From assembly GCA_910577795.1 (NCBI GenBank), contig CAJTNW010000001.1:20752-84751 (forward strand): a stretch of DNA of 64,000 nt, written 5' to 3'. A program made the translations under genes and the position numbers. Position 1 is the first letter of the stretch. Each line of letters opens with the position of its first letter. A model generated the notes under the pieces. It had not been told where the DNA came from, ran no database searches, and worked only from the letters and a program-made list of their open reading frames with translations. Below are positions 58,769 through 64,000 of the stretch, in pieces. This DNA comes from an uncultured Christensenella sp. (lineage in GTDB: Bacteria > Bacillota > Clostridia > Christensenellales > UBA3700).

Positions 58769-58792
58769 CGCGTGCGTGTACGCACGTGCGTA
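58769..58792. repeat. 24-nt perfect alternating pyrimidine-purine GC-rich tract with nested palindromes
   Basis: CGCGTGCGTGTACGCACGTGCGTA contains the perfect palindrome TACGCACGTGCGTA (58779-58792). It lies 60-85 nt upstream of the gyrB ATG. Confidence 0.8.
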
Positions 58793-59192
58793 TTAGTTAT
58801 ATTATACCACGCATTAAGTAAAATTACAATAGAAAACCTGTAAAAACTTGTCTTTTATTAAAGTTTTTTCGCAAAACTTACGTTTATTATGCTTTATTTC
58901 GCCTTTAAATGGCTTTATATTGAATTTTTAGGTGTTTTTAATATATTTCTTAGGATTAAAACATCTTTCTTTATACTGCATATCTACGGCTTTTATAATA
59001 ATCAATAAATTTTAAAAAATAATAATTTATCCAAAATTTTTCAAATTTAAATTTTACACATATTTAACAAAATCAATGCTTTTTGCAGGAACTTGTGTAA
59101 AAATACGAATGTTTTTTATTGGAATAGCAATATTTTTTTGTGATTTTTAAATTTTTTAACCTTAATAAACTCTAAATAAAAACAAATTAATC

Positions 59193-59221
59193 TTGACCTT
59201 TATTTTATAATATTGTATAAT
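59193..59221 (+). promoter_or_regulatory. predicted sigma-A promoter of the alpha-galactosidase gene (TTGACC-17-TATAAT)
   Basis: TTGACC at 59193-59198, a 17-nt spacer, and TATAAT at 59216-59221. This argues against the track start at 59213. Confidence 0.5.
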
Positions 59222-59251
59222 AAAAATATTAGTATTTATAGAGGTAAAATT

Positions 59252-60904
59252 ATGAATAATAAGTATTCTTTTGATATTGTCTACAAAGTTGGCAATAAAA
59301 AATATTCTTGCACAAGTACAGAGTGTGACCATTTTTCTTTGGTTTTATCTGAAAAAGACAATGTGTTATCACTTTCTATACTACCAAAAGGTGCAGTTTC
59401 TTTTGAAAAGTTTAATATTATCACTCCTTACGCATTTAATAATAACAATAAGATTTTTGTTAATGGATATCAAAGTTGGACAGATAGTATGGAATATGAG
59501 CCATCTTGGAAAATGACTGAACTTTCTCGTTCAATGGAATTTTATATAAAACATTCGTTTGGTAAAAGCATGGGACTTGCAAAATCTGGCGATAGTACTT
59601 TTTGGAGTTTTCCTAGAAAATCTGGTGTATTTTATGGCTGGTCTTATGGTTATGTGCGTACTGAAAACAATATAGATATTTTTGGTAGCCTTACCGAAAA
59701 ATATGGTTATACAGTAGTAACTTTTGACTGCAACACAAATAATATCATAATTTCAAAAGAGTTAGAAGGTGTTACTTATACAAAAGAAAGCAAACTTTTA
59801 GAATTTGCTTTTGTTAGCGGAGAATATGACACTGCTTTTGACGAATACTTTAAGTTAATTGGTATCCCTTGCAGAGAAACTAAAAGACGTTGTGGCTACA
59901 CTACATGGTACAACTACTATGGCAATATTACAGAAGCAATAGTAAACAACGATTTGGGTAGTATTGTAAATCAAGATACTAAATTTGACTGTTTTCAAAT
60001 TGATGATGGTTACCAACAAGCAATTGGTGACTGGCTAATTACTGACAAAAAGAAATTCCCTAACGGAATGAAAGTTATTGCAGATAATATACATAAAAGC
60101 GGTATGATAGCAGGACTTTGGCTTGCACCTTTTGCTGGTGTACCACACTCTGAATTATTTAAAAATCATCCAGACTGGTTTATAAAAGACAAAAAAGGTA
60201 GACCTTATAAAACTGGGCATAACTGGGGAGGTTTTTATTCTCTTGATATTTACAATGAAGGCGCTAGAGAATATATAAAACACTGCTTTGATGTTGTACT
60301 AAACGAATGGGGATATGATTTAGTTAAACTAGACTTTTTGTATGGTGCATGCGTTTTACCTATGCACAACAAAAGCCGTGGCGAGATTATGACAGATGCA
60401 ATGGATTTTATCCGTGAATGTGTAGGCGATAAAATGATATTAGGTTGCGGTGTCCCTATGTTCCCTGCTTTTGGCAAAGTTGACTATTGCAGAATTGGTG
60501 CAGATATTACTGAGAATTGGGTAAATAAAAATACTATACGCGAAGACTGCTCTAACCCTCACGCAACTTCAAACTCAATTTTTAGACGTCACTTAGATGG
60601 CAGAGCATGGATGAATGACCCTGACGTATTTTTCTTACGTGAAGAAAATATGAAAATGACATTTGACCAAAGATTATTGATAGCAAAAATAAACTCTATT
60701 TTTGGTAGTCTACTATTTATATCTGACGATATTAAAAATTATAATAACAAACAAAAGCAAGCACTTATTGATACTTTTGCAAACAAAGATATAAATGTTA
60801 AAAAAGCAGAGTTTAGTAAAAAAGATATTATAAAAGTAGATTATATTGAAGATGGACAAGAAAAATCTTTTTCATTTAATATAAGAAACGGCGAACAATA
60901 CTAA
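59252..60904 (+). CDS. alpha-galactosidase, short GH36-like (Thermotoga GalA-type)
   Basis: CFQIDDGYQQAIGDW, the putative nucleophile region VKLDFLY, and WMNDPD. The start was moved to the ATG at 59252 after GAGGT. Confidence 0.75.
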   Translation: MNNKYSFDIVYKVGNKKYSCTSTECDHFSLVLSEKDNVLSLSILPKGAVSFEKFNIITPYAFNNNNKIFVNGYQSWTDSMEYEPSWKMTELSRSMEFYIKHSFGKSMGLAKSGDSTFWSFPRKSGVFYGWSYGYVRTENNIDIFGSLTEKYGYTVVTFDCNTNNIIISKELEGVTYTKESKLLEFAFVSGEYDTAFDEYFKLIGIPCRETKRRCGYTTWYNYYGNITEAIVNNDLGSIVNQDTKFDCFQIDDGYQQAIGDWLITDKKKFPNGMKVIADNIHKSGMIAGLWLAPFAGVPHSELFKNHPDWFIKDKKGRPYKTGHNWGGFYSLDIYNEGAREYIKHCFDVVLNEWGYDLVKLDFLYGACVLPMHNKSRGEIMTDAMDFIRECVGDKMILGCGVPMFPAFGKVDYCRIGADITENWVNKNTIREDCSNPHATSNSIFRRHLDGRAWMNDPDVFFLREENMKMTFDQRLLIAKINSIFGSLLFISDDIKNYNNKQKQALIDTFANKDINVKKAEFSKKDIIKVDYIEDGQEKSFSFNIRNGEQY

Positions 60905-61113
60905 CAATTAAAAATCTAACTTTCAGATGCAATTTTGTATTTGAAGGTATTTTTATGCAATTTTATTAATTAATGAAAAAATAATTATATATTTTTAATA
61001 TTATCATAATAAAAATTGCTTAAAAATTAAAGAACCGCTCAAAAATCGCGGGTAATTAATATTTTGTACAAAAATTATACTAAAATAAATTTTCTTTTTT
61101 CTTGGGAGGAATT

Positions 61114-63615
61114 ATGAAAGAAAAAATTCAAAAAGGGTTTTTAACTCTACGAAAATACTGGTCAAGACCTCAAAAAGGACAATTTGTCGCATACAAGGAA
61201 ATTGCCGGTTTTAGTGTTGGTGGAATGGGTGTAAAATCTTTTGCCTCATTGGTATCATTTATGAACTTGGCTGCAACCTGTTTATTTACAGCAGTCGTTT
61301 ATGGATTATCGCCTAATGAGATTATGATACTATTCCTTATCACCAATGTAGGTGTCGGTGTGCTTAAAACTCCTATTATCAGTTGGCTACAGGATAGAAC
61401 AAACACCCCTATCGGAAAGTTTAGGCCATACTTGATTTGGGCAGGCATACCTTGCGTGCTTGCAGTTATTGGACTAACTTGGCTTGTTCCTATTCCGGGT
61501 TGGATATTGCCTGCAGGTCAACCTAACAAAGCATTAACCATGACTATGCTTTGTATATTCTTAAACATTCTTATTATTGCGCAACAATTATTAAATAATG
61601 CTTATATGGGTATTTCGCAAACAATAAGTCCACTATCATCTGAGCGAACAAAAATAATGGGCTTTTCTGAATTTCTTGGTAATCTTGGACCAAGTATAAT
61701 TCAAGCCGCACTGCCAATTTGTGGTTTGTGCTTTGCCACTAAAGAAAATGCAATGACTAACGTATGGACTTATCGTGTATTTATGCCTATATTTGCAATA
61801 ATCGGTTTTGGTTTAGGCTTGATAGTTTTATATACATCAAAAGAGCGTACAACTAATACCGACTCTATGGAAAATATTAAGACTAAAGAGACCAAAGAAA
61901 ACAAACTTAGTTTCTTTACAAGTTTAAAACTTCTTAGTAAAAATAAAGAGTTCTGGCTTGTAACAATAAGCAAATTTTTTGATGGATTTAAAGGATGGCT
62001 TACATTGCTATTACCTTGGATTTGTGCCTTTCAATTGCGAGACACTGCTATTCAAGGTGTTGTTCAAACAATTGTAAGTTTTGGGTTTACTCCAGGAATT
62101 ATTCTTGCTCCACTTTTAATAAAATGGCTAGGCAGTCGTGGTTCAGGTGTAATATTCCACGCACTAAATGCTGCCGCTGCTCTTTTAATGCTATTTACAT
62201 ATAAAAGCGGTGTTGTTGTGATGCTTATATGTTTGTTCCTATACAACTTTGCATTAGGTCCACAATACATTATTCAAAACACTATTATGTCCGATGGTTT
62301 TGACTTTCAACAAGATAGGGACAACGTCCGCCTAGAAGGATTTGCTCAAAACTTCCAATTAATGATTTCTACTTTAGGTACTGTTGCCTCTACTCTAGCA
62401 TTTACTATAATATGTAATAAATATAATGTAGGCACAGTCACTAATGCTAACGCAGATTACAGTATGCTTATTGACCCAGCAATTAGAAATCCTTTTTATG
62501 GTGATTTAATATTACTTGTTGTAATTGCAAGTTTACTTGCTGCAATTCCTTTTATATTTGTTACATTAAACAGAAACAAAATGACCATTATAAGAGAAAA
62601 TTTGGATAGAAAAAAAGTTATTGCTGACAATCATCTAGAAAATGCTACTCCTGAACAAATTGAAGAAGCATACAACAACTTCCTTGCTGCAAAAGAGGCT
62701 GAAAGACAAGCAGAAATTGCTTTGGCAGAAAAAGAAAAAGCCAAAATTGCAGAAAATCAAAACGAAGAAACTCTTGCAAGCATAGTTGCAGAACAAAAGG
62801 CTTTGAGTGCAAGAAAAAAAGTTTTTGTTGCAGAATGGAAAGTAAAAGCAACTGCAGAACATGAAGAAATTGTTGCTGCAGCAAAAAAAGAAATTGAAAA
62901 TGCAAAATCTACTTACACTCAAAAAATTAATGATTATAAAAAATTATTATCTGACAAAGAACTTGTTGATAAATATAAAACTGATGCTATTCAAATAAAA
63001 ATTGACTGCGACGAAAAAATTAAAAATTACAGGTCCGAAAAAGAAAATAAACTTATTGCAGAAACTGCTCGTTTTGAAGAAGATAAAGTAAAAATTGCTA
63101 GTTTAAAAGCAGAACTTGTGACTATTAAGACTGAACATAAAGTTAAACTTAATGATTATAAAGATAATTATAACAAAACAACTAAACCAGAACTAGATAG
63201 TTTAAATAACAAACTTAAAGTCACAACTGACAAGACTGCAAAAGAAGAATTAATTAAAGAGATAAAAAATACTAAAAAAGCAGCAAAAGTTGAAAAACGT
63301 GATATTATTAAAGAATATAAAACTAAAAAATATGAAATTATTAACAATATCGACCGTCTGTCTTTTGCTCATTCTTCTGCAATTAGTCAAATATCAGTTG
63401 AGTTTAATAAGCAAATGGATGCTATAGAAAAAGAAAAACGCAATGCTAATAAACTAAAAGCAATGAAAAAAGAGATAATCCAAAACAAAAAAACTGTTAT
63501 TGCTGAGGCTAAACACAAATCACAAAGTATTAAACTATGGCTAAATGTTTTGGCTAATGAGGCTTTTGCAAAACTTATTACAGAAGAAACTTTAAATTCT
63601 GTTACTACCGAATAA
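61114..63615 (+). CDS. GPH-like sugar transporter fused to a ~340-aa K/E-rich coiled-coil C-terminal region
   Basis: The ATG at 61114 follows GGGAGGA. The GPH-like loop is QDRTNTPIGKFRPYL, with about 12 TM helices. From about residue 500 the sequence is hydrophilic with heptad-like repeats to the end. Confidence 0.7.
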   Translation: MKEKIQKGFLTLRKYWSRPQKGQFVAYKEIAGFSVGGMGVKSFASLVSFMNLAATCLFTAVVYGLSPNEIMILFLITNVGVGVLKTPIISWLQDRTNTPIGKFRPYLIWAGIPCVLAVIGLTWLVPIPGWILPAGQPNKALTMTMLCIFLNILIIAQQLLNNAYMGISQTISPLSSERTKIMGFSEFLGNLGPSIIQAALPICGLCFATKENAMTNVWTYRVFMPIFAIIGFGLGLIVLYTSKERTTNTDSMENIKTKETKENKLSFFTSLKLLSKNKEFWLVTISKFFDGFKGWLTLLLPWICAFQLRDTAIQGVVQTIVSFGFTPGIILAPLLIKWLGSRGSGVIFHALNAAAALLMLFTYKSGVVVMLICLFLYNFALGPQYIIQNTIMSDGFDFQQDRDNVRLEGFAQNFQLMISTLGTVASTLAFTIICNKYNVGTVTNANADYSMLIDPAIRNPFYGDLILLVVIASLLAAIPFIFVTLNRNKMTIIRENLDRKKVIADNHLENATPEQIEEAYNNFLAAKEAERQAEIALAEKEKAKIAENQNEETLASIVAEQKALSARKKVFVAEWKVKATAEHEEIVAAAKKEIENAKSTYTQKINDYKKLLSDKELVDKYKTDAIQIKIDCDEKIKNYRSEKENKLIAETARFEEDKVKIASLKAELVTIKTEHKVKLNDYKDNYNKTTKPELDSLNNKLKVTTDKTAKEELIKEIKNTKKAAKVEKRDIIKEYKTKKYEIINNIDRLSFAHSSAISQISVEFNKQMDAIEKEKRNANKLKAMKKEIIQNKKTVIAEAKHKSQSIKLWLNVLANEAFAKLITEETLNSVTTE

Positions 63616-63730
63616 TTATAATTAGAGTTGCATATTGTGAATTGGCTATATCTCTAGTACTTCACTACTGCAACTCTTTTAATTTGGTATAAAAATATGA
63701 AAAATCCGCACGAAAATCGACCTAAAAAAT

Positions 63731-63763
63731 AAAAAATACCTGTTTTTTAACAGGTATTTTTTT
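63731..63763. terminator. bidirectional terminator between the transporter gene and upp
   Basis: TACCTGTT (63737-63744) pairs with AACAGGTA (63749-63756), with an A-run to the left and T7 to the right. Confidence 0.65.
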
Positions 63764-64000
63764 AATTTGTTCCAAATATTCTATCCCCAGCATCTCCTAA
63801 ACCTGGCAATATATAACCTTTGCTATTTAACTCTCTATCTACTTTTGCAATATATACCTCTACGTCAGGATGTTCCTTTGCTATTTTTTCTACACCCTCT
63901 GGCACTGCTAAAATATTAAGCATTTTTATGTTTTTTACTCCTCTATTTTTTAGTGCAGTAATTGCTGCACAAGCAGAGCCACCTGTTGCAAGCATAGGGT
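63762..64000 (-). CDS. upp: uracil phosphoribosyltransferase, C-terminal part (5' end beyond the right edge)
   Basis: ..[14 protein letters not shown]...I....ILA.PEG...[16 protein letters not shown] is the canonical Upp C-terminus. Confidence 0.9.
   Translation of the reverse strand, partial: PMLATGGSACAAITALKNRGVKNIKMLNILAVPEGVEKIAKEHPDVEVYIAKVDRELNSKGYILPGLGDAGDRIFGTN

Noticed and set aside
58710-59251. Possible oriC in the 540-bp non-coding region upstream of gyrB.
   Set aside because: Only one near-consensus DnaA box is present (TTATCCAAA at about 59028), plus one 2-mismatch site. There is no box cluster, and dnaA, dnaN and recF are not adjacent.
1-64000. Mobile elements, prophage genes, integrases, and rRNA/tRNA genes.
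   Set aside because: No transposase-, integrase- or phage-like ORF is present. No terminal inverted repeats bracket a cassette. I found no GC-rich cloverleaf-like or rRNA-like segment in any intergenic region.

Overview
The window is AT-rich and uses standard code 11 (TGA acts as a stop). It looks like chromosome from a spore-forming, low-GC Firmicute of Clostridia type. Most of it is core housekeeping on the minus strand. These genes include metY-metA, secG-rnr-smpB, proS, cca, hpt, tilS, spoIIE, pgk-tpiA-gpmI, trmL, dusB, the Bacillus-like block spoVT / yabM-like flippase / yabN-mazG, purC, ftsH, pheA and gyrB-gyrA. Plus-strand blocks carry DUF951-lepB, plsY followed by a 1304-aa orphan membrane protein, and an alpha-galactosidase/GPH-transporter sugar locus. 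I found no rRNA, tRNA, tmRNA, CRISPR array, transposase or integrase. The only accessory-looking stretch is about 21.5-25.7 kb. It holds an acidic orphan gene, a translationally coupled pair (a two-TM protein with a degenerate Nudix-like C-terminus plus a PP2C-fold protein), a frameshifted XRE regulator with a nearby palindrome, and a SLOG/DUF1273-like gene. This is the best candidate for an undescribed system, but the domain calls come from motif reading only. Four non-coding signals also stand out. (1) The word TCAAAAATCG[G/C]TATTA recurs far more often than composition predicts, mostly in intergenic DNA. (2) Two mirrored operator+promoter modules face each other at 39.33-39.49 kb, one containing a perfect 36-bp palindrome, and may produce a small RNA. 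(3) A 24-nt perfectly alternating pyrimidine-purine, GC-rich tract sits just upstream of gyrB-gyrA. (4) A tandem palindromic operator overlaps the promoter of an unlisted 55-aa DUF3006-like gene upstream of ftsH. All product calls rest on my reading of the translated ORFs and conserved motifs. No database search was run.
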